A stretch of DNA of 24,658 bases from Endomicrobiales bacterium (lineage in GTDB: Bacteria; Elusimicrobiota; Endomicrobiia; Endomicrobiales; CAWCFT01), in NCBI GenBank assembly GCA_963794945.1, contig CAWCFT010000010.1, positions 1 to 24,658 of the forward strand. Reading direction: 5' to 3'. Shown piece by piece: positions 16,958 to 24,658 of the stretch. The notes beneath the pieces are model-generated. The model made no database searches. It saw only the letters and a list, made by a program, of their open reading frames with translations, and was not told where the DNA came from. The position numbers were made by a program, and so were the translations under genes. The first letter of the stretch is position 1, and every line of letters starts with the position of its first letter.

Positions 16958-18775
16958 TTAATCTTCCGGCTCTTCCTGGGCCGGCGCAATCGCTTTAACA
17001 GGCTCGTTAAGTTTGAAATACGTCTCGAACATCTTTCTGGCTATGGGTACTGCGGCCGTTCCGCCGTGGCCGCCGTTCTCGACTATCACGGCTATAGCAA
17101 GCTCGGGGTTGTCCGCCGGAGCGTACGCGATAAACCAGGCGTGATCCTGCCCGTGCGGGTTCTGCGCCGTGCCTGTCTTGCCGGCCACTTTGAGGTTATT
17201 AAAATAGCAGCCGCGCCCTGTGCCGTTAAGAACGACTTCTTCGAGGCCTATGTGCAGCAGCCTCCAAACTTGTTCCGGCATCTTTACTTCACCCTTCTTG
17301 GTGACAACCGCCTGGTAAAGTTTTTCGCCGCTCGGCGACACAACGCTGTCAACGATATAAGGTTTGTAAATCGTGCCGCTGTTTGCCACCGCCGCCACAT
17401 ACACCGCCAGCTGCACCGGCGTAACCCAGAGAGGCCCCTGGCCTATCGCCATGTTTATCGTGTCGCCCTGCCACCACGCGTCATGCATTTTCTTAAGCTT
17501 CCACTCCGCGTCTGGTATCAGCCCTTTTTTCTCTGAAGGTATTTCTATGTCTGTCTTTTCTCCCAGGCGGAACATCTTGGCGTATTTATACAATAGCTTC
17601 GGGCCAATCTTGAGGCCCAACTGGTAAAAATAAACGTTGCACGAGTTGGCGAGCGCGGGGATGAGGCTCAGCCGCCCGTGGCCCTTTTTGTTCCAGCACA
17701 GAAAAACTTTGTCGCCAAAATCGAAATGCCCGGGGCAATAGTACGTAAGGCTGGGGTCGACGCCCCCCTCAGCGAGCGCCGCGGAAAATGTGACCAACTT
17801 GAAAGTTGAGCCCGGAGCATAGAGCCCCTGCACGGCCCTGTTGAAAAGCGGGAGTTTTTTCTCCTTGTCAACGACATATTTATAGAAATCTCTCGTAAGA
17901 GAGGCGTTGGGGTCATAGCCCGGGCCCGAAACAAAACACCTGACGGCTCCGCTGCGGGGGTCGATCGCGACAACGGCCCCTCTGCCCGTTGGAGATTTCG
18001 CTAGCCCTTCACCAGCCACTTCCTGCAGTTTTTCGTCTATAGTTGTGTTAAGGCTGTTGCCCATCCTCGGGAGTATATGCCTGACAAGCCTCGTCTGGTG
18101 GCCGTAGGCGTCAACCTCTATCTGCCAGCCGCCGTCCTGACCCCTGAGGAATGTATTGTATGACTGCTCGAGACCGCTGCGGCCTATCCAGTCGCCCGAC
18201 TTATACCCTTCGTCGCTGAGTGCGTCGTCGAGTTCATCCTGAGTTACCTCGTTGAGGTAACCTGTAAGGTGCGCGTTGTATTCCGGGGCGTTATATTCCC
18301 TTCTTTCTTCTTTAACGACGGATATGCCCGGGAACGCCAAACGCTGCTCCTGCAGCTGGAACATTTCCGAGCGGGTGAGGCTATCGGAAAGCCTGACAAC
18401 CTTTCCTGTTCTCCAGCCCAGCGCGATGCTCGCTTTCAAATTCTTGAGCGGGAGTATTTTCCCCAACTGCTCCATAACCTCTTTAGCAGGTATCTTGTTC
18501 TGGCTGAAGGGATAGAAAAGCGCTGTGAAAGCCGCCTTGTTTCCTACGATGACCTGGCCGGTAACGTCGTAGATGACGCCGCGCGGCGCGCGCTCAAGTA
18601 TTAGGTGAGTTCGCTGCTGCTCGGAAAGGTCCCTGTAATACGCGCCCCTGACCACCTGCAGAAAGAACAGCCTTGACGAAAGGATCAGGAACAGGGACAA
18701 CAGGGCCCATATGACTACCTGGTATTTCTCCAGGAAGTCTTCATAATTTAATCTGTTCTCCTGCTGCCAGACCAT
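16958..18775 (-). CDS. mrdA: Penicillin-binding protein 2
   Basis: N-terminal TM segment, APRGVIYD, SxxK (PGSTFK), SxN (SCNVYFY), KTG (GKTGTAQ); located between mreD and rodA. Confidence 0.96.
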   Translation of the reverse strand: MVWQQENRLNYEDFLEKYQVVIWALLSLFLILSSRLFFLQVVRGAYYRDLSEQQRTHLILERAPRGVIYDVTGQVIVGNKAAFTALFYPFSQNKIPAKEVMEQLGKILPLKNLKASIALGWRTGKVVRLSDSLTRSEMFQLQEQRLAFPGISVVKEERREYNAPEYNAHLTGYLNEVTQDELDDALSDEGYKSGDWIGRSGLEQSYNTFLRGQDGGWQIEVDAYGHQTRLVRHILPRMGNSLNTTIDEKLQEVAGEGLAKSPTGRGAVVAIDPRSGAVRCFVSGPGYDPNASLTRDFYKYVVDKEKKLPLFNRAVQGLYAPGSTFKLVTFSAALAEGGVDPSLTYYCPGHFDFGDKVFLCWNKKGHGRLSLIPALANSCNVYFYQLGLKIGPKLLYKYAKMFRLGEKTDIEIPSEKKGLIPDAEWKLKKMHDAWWQGDTINMAIGQGPLWVTPVQLAVYVAAVANSGTIYKPYIVDSVVSPSGEKLYQAVVTKKGEVKMPEQVWRLLHIGLEEVVLNGTGRGCYFNNLKVAGKTGTAQNPHGQDHAWFIAYAPADNPELAIAVIVENGGHGGTAAVPIARKMFETYFKLNEPVKAIAPAQEEPED

Positions 18776-18824
18776 AATACACTCTTATTTACAAGTTAGT
18801 TGCTTAGCTCATTAATCTATATTA

Positions 18825-18929
18825 AAATCAAATATCAAGAATTGAAATTAATGAGTGTTGCTTTGCAAAACATATTTTAAATAAGCCGCCACAGGCGGCA
18901 CAATAATTTTGATTTTTGATATTTCGTAT
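18825..18929. repeat. Heptamer-armed palindrome D (ATCAA/TTGAT type) between mreD and mrdA, with an inner GCCGCC-ACA-GGCGGC hairpin
   Basis: AAATCAA ATATCAA GAATTGA AATTA ... TAATT TTGATTT TTGATAT TTCGTAT; 18831-18850 matches the reverse complement of 18904-18923 at 17/20. Confidence 0.7.
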
Positions 18930-18940
18930 ACTTTCGGGTT

Positions 18941-19423
18941 TTAATCTAAAAATCTACCCAACTGTTTTCCCACCCAGAATATCGCGGGAGCAATCAGCAT
19001 GTTATAGAACGGTTGCAAGTAGGTGATATAATTGAAATTGTAAAAGTGTTCGCTCGCACCAAAAACGCTATACACCAGCTTCATACCGGCCATAAAAAAT
19101 ACCGACGCCGCGCCCGCAAGCAGCATCTGCGCCGAAACTTTCGATTCGTCCCATTTTCTGGACAAGAGGCCAGACAAGTAGCCCAGGCATGTGAAAACAA
19201 AAGCGTGGCTGCCAAACATGTCTATCGACATAGCGTCCCAGGAAATACCCCAAGCGAAACCGAGAAGCTCTCCTTCGAACGGGCCTCTCATAAGGCCCAC
19301 GAAAACAAGGCATACAAGCAGAAAGTTGGGGCTGATACCGTACGGTGAGAAGTATTTTGACCAGCCAAACTGCACCGTTACACCGATCGCATAAACAAAA
19401 AAGTAAACAATGAATTTTCTCAT
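18941..19423 (-). CDS. mreD: Rod shape-determining protein MreD
   Basis: Multi-TM protein with PNFLLV, GFAWGISWD and FGSHA; located between mreC and mrdA. Confidence 0.92.
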   Translation of the reverse strand: MRKFIVYFFVYAIGVTVQFGWSKYFSPYGISPNFLLVCLVFVGLMRGPFEGELLGFAWGISWDAMSIDMFGSHAFVFTCLGYLSGLLSRKWDESKVSAQMLLAGAASVFFMAGMKLVYSVFGASEHFYNFNYITYLQPFYNMLIAPAIFWVGKQLGRFLD

Positions 19424-19424
19424 T

Positions 19425-20261
19425 TTATTTGCTGGTTTTTTCCGGTATCACTATTATCACTTCCCTGAGATTGTTGAAGTTCGCCGCGGGCTTGACCACC
19501 GCGGAATGGAACGCTTCGTTGTCGACACGCGCGAAATCGGTGACTTTCCCTATAGCGATACCCGCAGGGAAGACGGAGCTTAACGGGCTTGTTACAACTT
19601 CGTCGCCGATCCTTACCTTGGTGTCGGAAACAAGATAATTTATCTTCAGCATATGGCCGTTCTGTCCTTCCACAAGGCCGTCCTCGTTAAGCAACTTTAT
19701 CTCTCCGGGAATAGCGCTGAGGAGGTTCGTTATCAATACTACTTTTGCCGAACCCGCGAAAACTTCCCCCACCCTGCCAAGCACCGATGGTTTGTCGCCG
19801 GCCCAGGCAAGCACCGGAGCATCGAGAAAAACACCATCCTTCTGGCCGCGGTCTATGGTGATCCACTGGAACCAGCTGCCCGGCTCCCTAGATATAATAT
19901 GCGCGACAATGAATTTTGTCTGTTTGACCGCAGGAAAACCGACAAGCGAGCGCAGGCGAAGATTTTCTTCTTTAGCCCTCTGTGACTCGGCCTCCAGAAA
20001 GCTATAGCGCTTAATGGCTTCCTTAAGCTCAAGGTTTTCCTGATGCACGCGCACTATCTCCCGCACGTTGGACGAGAACTTGCCTGCGGAATCAACTATG
20101 CATGAGGCTGCGTTACTTGACGGGAACAAAACGTAATAAATGAAGTTCTTGATTGTGCAGATATAGTTTGTGAGGTTCGCGGTAAGTAAAAAGATGTTTA
20201 TCGTAAACAACAAAAGGAAAGCGTAATTGGCTTTTCGGTGGGAAACTATTTCTTCTTCCAT
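19425..20261 (-). CDS. mreC: Rod shape-determining protein MreC
   Basis: TM segment, coiled coil (ENLELK, ENLRLRSL), ITIDRGQKDGV, GDEVVTS, FPAGIAIGKV. Start inferred from GGAG. Confidence 0.94.
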   Translation of the reverse strand: MEEEIVSHRKANYAFLLLFTINIFLLTANLTNYICTIKNFIYYVLFPSSNAASCIVDSAGKFSSNVREIVRVHQENLELKEAIKRYSFLEAESQRAKEENLRLRSLVGFPAVKQTKFIVAHIISREPGSWFQWITIDRGQKDGVFLDAPVLAWAGDKPSVLGRVGEVFAGSAKVVLITNLLSAIPGEIKLLNEDGLVEGQNGHMLKINYLVSDTKVRIGDEVVTSPLSSVFPAGIAIGKVTDFARVDNEAFHSAVVKPAANFNNLREVIIVIPEKTSK

Positions 20262-20358
20262 AAATCTCCAGGGGCTTGAACCCTGCTTGCTGCAAAATCG
20301 TGTTAAAGGCCGCGGGGGCAACTTAAAGCAAAATTAACTCTATTACTTAACACGCAAC

Positions 20359-21390
20359 CTAAATTATTCTTTTCTTTTTGGAAATTCGCAGGTTATCGAG
20401 TTCTTCTAGGTACTTTCCGGTGCCCCTGACGACGCAGGTCAGCGGGTCTTCGGCAAGGTTCACGGGAAGCTCTGTTTCTTGTGACAACAGTTCCGTGAAA
20501 CCGCGGAGCAGCGAGCCGCCTCCCGCGAGCACTATCCCCCTGTCAACAAGGTCGGCGGAAAGCTCGGCTGGAGTCTCTTCAAGAGTGTTCTTTATTACTT
20601 CGATTATGGCCTTTATAGGTTCAGAAAGCGCCGACCTGACCTCTTCTGATGTGATCGTTATGGTCTTAGGAAGGCCGGTGACCTGGTCCCTGCCTTTGAC
20701 TTCGAGGCTAGTTTCTTCGGGGAGCGGGAATACTGACCCGATCCTTATCTTTACATCCTCCGCGGTGTTCTCACCTATAAGAAGGTTATATTTGCGGCGG
20801 AAATACTGAACTATTGCCTCGTCCATCTCGTCACCCGCGACATCTACAAACTTAGAAACGACCATTCCGCCCAGCGATATTATCGCTACTTCGGTCGTTC
20901 CTCCGCCAACATCTACTATCATGTTGCCTTCGGGTTCCTGGATGGGAATGTTCGCCCCTATGGCCGCTGCCATTGGCTCTTCGATAAGGTGTACTTCCCT
21001 GGCCCCGGCCTGTTCAGCCGATTCTCTTACCGCCCTGCGTTCAACTTCGGTTATCCCGGATGGAACACCAATGACTACGCGAGGATGGAGGAGGCTCCTG
21101 CGGTTATGTACTTTTTTTATAAAGTAACGTATCATGCGCTCCGTTACTTCGAAATCAGCTATTACACCGTTCCTGAGCGGGCGCACCGCTACTATGCTTG
21201 CCGGCGTCTTGCCAAGCATGCGTTTCGCTTCAACGCCTATGGCGAGTATCCGTTTGGTTTCTTTTTCTATGGCTACGACGGAAGGTTCTCTTAATACGAT
21301 ACCCTGACCTTTAACGTAGACAAGCACTGAGGCTGTTCCGAGGTCAATCCCCATGTCGTTTGAAAAGAGGCTGAAGAAATAATTGAACAT
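20359..21390 (-). CDS. mreB: Rod shape-determining protein MreB
   Basis: [39 protein letters not shown]. Confidence 0.98.
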   Translation of the reverse strand: MFNYFFSLFSNDMGIDLGTASVLVYVKGQGIVLREPSVVAIEKETKRILAIGVEAKRMLGKTPASIVAVRPLRNGVIADFEVTERMIRYFIKKVHNRRSLLHPRVVIGVPSGITEVERRAVRESAEQAGAREVHLIEEPMAAAIGANIPIQEPEGNMIVDVGGGTTEVAIISLGGMVVSKFVDVAGDEMDEAIVQYFRRKYNLLIGENTAEDVKIRIGSVFPLPEETSLEVKGRDQVTGLPKTITITSEEVRSALSEPIKAIIEVIKNTLEETPAELSADLVDRGIVLAGGGSLLRGFTELLSQETELPVNLAEDPLTCVVRGTGKYLEELDNLRISKKKRII

Positions 21391-21474
21391 GTTCAAATCC
21401 TATTATACAATTTAAGATAGAAAATACAAACTATAATTTAAACTTTAATTTTCAAATCTAAAATTTCCGACTGT

Positions 21475-21828
21475 TTAACTTACTAGTTTTACTACTGCCA
21501 TTTCAGCGTTGTCGCCTTTTCTGAAGCCCGCCTTGAACACCTTCACGTACCCGCCGGCTCTGTCCTTATAACGTGGCACGAGCACTTCGAAAAGTTTCTT
21601 CTGAACGAGCTGATCTTTGATATCTCCGGAAATCTTCCTTCTTGCGTTCATGTCGGCCGGCCGGGCGCTGGTGATAAGCTTCTCTGAAAAACTGGAAAGC
21701 TCTTTTGCCCGCGCGAGGGTCGTTTTGATCTTCTCGTGCTGGAACAACGACGTCGCGAGATTCCTCAGCATCGATCTCTTGTGAGCACTTGTTACTGATA
21801 GTTTTCTTGCGCCTAGGTTTTTAATCAT
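21475..21828 (-). CDS. rplQ: 50S ribosomal protein L17
   Basis: HKRSMLRNLATSLFQHEKIKTTLARAKEL...RAGGY...RKGDNAEMA. Confidence 0.97.
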   Translation of the reverse strand: MIKNLGARKLSVTSAHKRSMLRNLATSLFQHEKIKTTLARAKELSSFSEKLITSARPADMNARRKISGDIKDQLVQKKLFEVLVPRYKDRAGGYVKVFKAGFRKGDNAEMAVVKLVS

Positions 21829-22783
21829 TTTTTATTTCCTTCATCCCGAGCGAGAGCCCGAGTTCAGCGAGTTTTTCCTTGATTTCGGTTAAAGAGCGTT
21901 TTCCGAAATTCTTATAGGAAAGTATTTCTTCTTCCTGTTTTGTAACGAGGTCGCCTATGGTCTTCAGTCCCGCCGAGAGCAGGCAGTTTGCGGAACGCAC
22001 CGATAGGTCCATTATGCTGAGCGGCTGCTCTAATAGTTCTTTTTGTTTTTCTTCCTGCGCGTCCACCACAGGAGCTTTTTCCGGTTCTGCTTCCGGACCG
22101 GTGAATATCGTGAGAGAATTCCTGAGTATCTTCGCAGAATATGCAAGAGCGTCCGCCGGTGAAACAGAACCGTCGGTCCAGATCTCAAGTATCAGCCTGT
22201 CGTAGTTGGTTATCTGTTCAACACGCGTGTTCTCAACTTCGTAGTTGACCTTAGTGACTGGAGAGAAAAGCGCGTCCAGAAGTATCGTGTTTACCGGATA
22301 CTTGCCGGACTTGCTCTCTTCGGCAAGGACATACCCTTTGCCGCGAGTCACTTCCATCTCTATTTCCAGGTCAGCACCGAAATCCATAGTAGCTATAACC
22401 TGGTCCGGATTAAGCACTTCTATATTCGGGTTCGGCTCAATGCTCTTCGCGGTCACAACGCCTTCTTTTTTGCTGCGAAGATATATCGTCTCCGGGCCCG
22501 GCGTAAACATTTTCAAGCGCACTTTCTTGAGGTTAATTATGATGTTCGCCGCGTCTTCTTTTATACCTTTGACTACTGAGAACTCGTGAAGGACACCTTT
22601 GATGCGCACTGCGGTTATCGCTGACCCCTCGAGGCTGGACAGCAGTATGCGCCGCAGCGAGTTTCCTATCGTATGGCCGTAACCGCGTTCGAACGGTTCC
22701 GCCACAAATCTTCCAAACGTCGGAGAAGAAGTTTTGTCGTCAAGCGTAAGTCTGCGTAGTTTTTCTAAATCTGGCATTTTCAT
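21821..22783 (-). CDS. rpoA: RNA polymerase subunit alpha
   Basis: EPFERGYGHTIGNSLRRILLSS, EIWTDGS, LSVRSANCL, NFGKRSLTEI. GAGG precedes ATG 22783. Confidence 0.98.
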   Translation of the reverse strand: MKMPDLEKLRRLTLDDKTSSPTFGRFVAEPFERGYGHTIGNSLRRILLSSLEGSAITAVRIKGVLHEFSVVKGIKEDAANIIINLKKVRLKMFTPGPETIYLRSKKEGVVTAKSIEPNPNIEVLNPDQVIATMDFGADLEIEMEVTRGKGYVLAEESKSGKYPVNTILLDALFSPVTKVNYEVENTRVEQITNYDRLILEIWTDGSVSPADALAYSAKILRNSLTIFTGPEAEPEKAPVVDAQEEKQKELLEQPLSIMDLSVRSANCLLSAGLKTIGDLVTKQEEEILSYKNFGKRSLTEIKEKLAELGLSLGMKEIKND

Positions 22784-22802
22784 TCTAAACCTCACTATTA
22801 TC

Positions 22803-22899
22803 AGCGTTAAGGGTTAAGCGATAAGCGGTAAGTAGCTGCAACATCTTGACCGAGCCGGGCGCTGTTTCCCTGACCCCTTACCCCTTATCCCTTATCACT
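22803..22899. repeat. Heptamer-armed palindrome F (TAAG type) between rpsD and rpoA
   Basis: AG CGTTAAG GGTTAAG CGATAAG CGGTAAG ... CTGACCC CTTACCC CTTATCC CTTATCA CT. Confidence 0.9.
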
Positions 22900-22905
22900 A
22901 CTTTT

Positions 22906-23529
22906 TTATTTTGAATAGAATTCAACTATCAGCTGGCTATCAATGGGATGAGAAAACTCCCCAATCTTCGGCTCGCTGATAACAGAACCTGTGATACTCT
23001 GTTTATCGAGCCCGAGCCATGAAGGGAATTTATCCGTACGTTCCAGCGCCTTTTTTATTTGAACGTTCTCTTTTGCCTTCTCTTTCAGCGTGACCTTGTC
23101 GCCCGGCTTGAGCGCGTAGCCCGGAAGGTTGACCTTCTTGCCGTTTACAAGCACTCTGCCGTGACCAACAAGCTGTCTTGCGAATTTCCTGGAGGTAACT
23201 ATGCCTAGGCGGTAAACGATGTTATCGAGCCTCATTTCCAGCATTTTCATAAGTGTCTCGCCGGTCAATCCCTTCATCTTGTCCGCTCGCTTGAAATAAT
23301 GCCTGAACTGTTCTTCCGTAAGTCCATAGACTCTTCTCGCTTTTTGTTTTTCGCGGAGGTGCCGTGCATATTCTGACACCTTCGAGCGAGACATACCGTG
23401 CATGCCGGGAATATTTTTGCCGCGCTTTCTGTCGAGCGTGCAGTTGGTGTTGCACCTATCGCCTTTCAGAAACAGTTTTTCTTTTTCGCGGCGGCATTGT
23501 TTGCAAACTGAACCTAAATATCTTGACAT
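22906..23529 (-). CDS. rpsD: 30S ribosomal protein S4 (Cys-containing type)
   Basis: MSRYLGSVCKQCRRE, LREKQK, LEMRLDNIVYRLG, LIVEFYSK. Confidence 0.98.
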   Translation of the reverse strand: MSRYLGSVCKQCRREKEKLFLKGDRCNTNCTLDRKRGKNIPGMHGMSRSKVSEYARHLREKQKARRVYGLTEEQFRHYFKRADKMKGLTGETLMKMLEMRLDNIVYRLGIVTSRKFARQLVGHGRVLVNGKKVNLPGYALKPGDKVTLKEKAKENVQIKKALERTDKFPSWLGLDKQSITGSVISEPKIGEFSHPIDSQLIVEFYSK

Positions 23530-23551
23530 TAATTAAAACCTCCAAAATAGA

Positions 23552-23635
23552 ATTACAGATTTCATATTACATCTTACAAATTACTTGCTGTTGATTCTAT
23601 TGCAAATCTGTAATCTGCAATCTGTAATTTGTAAC
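23552..23635. repeat. Heptamer-armed palindrome G (ATTACAR type) between rpsK and rpsD
   Basis: ATTACAG ATTTCAT ATTACAT CTTACAA ... CTGTAAT CTGCAAT CTGTAAT TTGTAAC. Confidence 0.9.
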
Positions 23636-23639
23636 GTGC

Positions 23640-24065
23640 TTACACGCGTCTCGGTTTTGGCGGACGGCAACCGTCATGAGGTACAGGAGTTATATCGCGT
23701 ATCGACGTGATTATAAGCCCCGCAGCCTGAAGGCCCCTTATAGCCGTTTCGCGGCCGGGCCCGGGCCCATTTACAAGCACGACAACCTGTTTGACCCCGG
23801 TATCTATAGCTTTCTTTGCCACGTTCGATGCCGTCATTTGAGCTGCGAATGGGGTCCCTTTTTTGGTTCCCTTAAAACCGCAGCCACCGGCCGATGCCCA
23901 AACGATCGTGTTGCCTTTTTCGTCAGCTATCGTAATGATCGTATTGTTAAATGAAGACTGGACATACGCTTTAGCCAGTCCTCCCGCAAATCTGATTTTC
24001 CTCTTTGTGTGCGGTACATGTGCTGCTGGTGCAGGTGCTGGTGATTGTTTCTTTTCTTCAGCCAT
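23640..24065 (-). CDS. rpsK: 30S ribosomal protein S11
   Basis: [57 protein letters not shown] precedes ATG 24065. Confidence 0.98.
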   Translation of the reverse strand: MAEEKKQSPAPAPAAHVPHTKRKIRFAGGLAKAYVQSSFNNTIITIADEKGNTIVWASAGGCGFKGTKKGTPFAAQMTASNVAKKAIDTGVKQVVVLVNGPGPGRETAIRGLQAAGLIITSIRDITPVPHDGCRPPKPRRV

Positions 24066-24096
24066 TATTTGGATCCTCCGGCCTATATGATCGGCC

Positions 24097-24115
24097 ACCC
24101 GCCAAAGAGGCGGGT
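24097..24115. repeat. Short GC-rich palindrome between rpsM and rpsK
   Basis: ACCCGCC-AAAGA-GGCGGGT, a perfect 7-bp stem with no U-tract on the sense strand. Confidence 0.7.
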
Positions 24116-24133
24116 TTCTAAATTAGTTATATT

Positions 24134-24538
24134 TTACGCTTTTGGCGCTGGCGCTGCTGCTTCTTTTGTGGCTTTGCTTACCGATCCCACAGTCTTGCGC
24201 TTACCGCGCCTTGTGCGGGCGTTCGTCTTTGTGCGCTGTCCGCGGACCGGCAGGTTGCGACGGTGCCTGTAGCCTCTGTAAGAGCCTATATCCATAAGAC
24301 GCCTGATGTTCGCCTGTATCTCACGGCGCAGGTCGCCTTCTACCTTGATGTTCTTTGTTATTATGGTTGTCAGCCTGCTCACTTCTTCTTCGTTAAGGTC
24401 CTTAACCCTCTTTGCCGGGTCAAGCTGAGCCTCGGCAAGGATCTCTTTCGAAAGGGCTGTCCCGATACCATAGATATAAGTTAAAGCAACGTCAACTCTC
24501 TTTGCCTTAGGTAAATCAACTCCTGCTACGCGTGCCAT
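24134..24538 (-). CDS. rpsM: 30S ribosomal protein S13
   Basis: [42 protein letters not shown]. Confidence 0.98.
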   Translation of the reverse strand: MARVAGVDLPKAKRVDVALTYIYGIGTALSKEILAEAQLDPAKRVKDLNEEEVSRLTTIITKNIKVEGDLRREIQANIRRLMDIGSYRGYRHRRNLPVRGQRTKTNARTRRGKRKTVGSVSKATKEAAAPAPKA

Positions 24539-24556
24539 TTAAAAACCTCCAAAAAT

Positions 24557-24644
24557 CAGTACTAAGTTTTAAGCTCTAAGCTGTAAGTTACGGCGAAAAG
24601 ACTTTGATGTTAACTTACCACTTACAACTTACCGCTTATATCTG
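24557..24644. repeat. Heptamer-armed palindrome H (TAAG type) upstream of rpsM
   Basis: CAG TACTAAG TTTTAAG CTCTAAG CTGTAAG TTA ... TAA CTTACCA CTTACAA CTTACCG CTTATAT CTG. Confidence 0.9.
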
Positions 24645-24658
24645 TCGTTATCATTCCT

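Noticed and set aside
16742..17536. 264-aa plus-strand ORF across mrdA/rodA
   Set aside because: Antisense to two conserved genes, Arg-rich shadow composition, no RBS.
21421..21466. Possible additional heptamer arm between rplQ and mreB
   Set aside because: AA spacing is irregular (7,6,6,7,7), there is no inverted partner, and AT-rich promoter DNA explains it.
8129..24644. Heptamer palindromes as CRISPR arrays or intrinsic terminators
   Set aside because: No constant repeat with unique spacers and no cas genes. The stems are long, imperfect and lack U-tracts, and they sit inside operons that need read-through.
24645..24658. 3' end of rpmJ expected upstream of rpsM
   Set aside because: Only 14 nt are visible and they do not match the usual QRQG-stop ending, so no gene can be called.

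Overview
Bacterial chromosomal window made mostly of minus-strand housekeeping genes; gene order and protein style suggest Elusimicrobiota, which is an inference. From left to right: an IS1202-like (ISNCY) insertion sequence with two-subunit terminal inverted repeats, tRNA-Ser(TGA), comM/yifB, a nitronate monooxygenase-family gene, a CheY-like regulator, a TPR lipoprotein, a VanZ-family gene, a small Cys-rich protein, obgE-rpmA-rplU, a divergent aspartate aminotransferase, rng, a radical SAM fusion, two hypothetical envelope genes, rodA-mrdA-mreD-mreC-mreB, and the alpha operon (rplQ, rpoA, rpsD, rpsK, rpsM). The most unusual signal is a family of ~75-120 bp intergenic palindromes built from 7-nt tandem units, usually 4 per arm. 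Seven sit at junctions of core operons, six of them filling the gap between a stop codon and the next Shine-Dalgarno almost exactly, and one lone arm lies in-frame inside a CDS. At least six apparent single-base indels cluster in about 2 kb (5280-7230), including in essential obgE; these are probably assembly errors.
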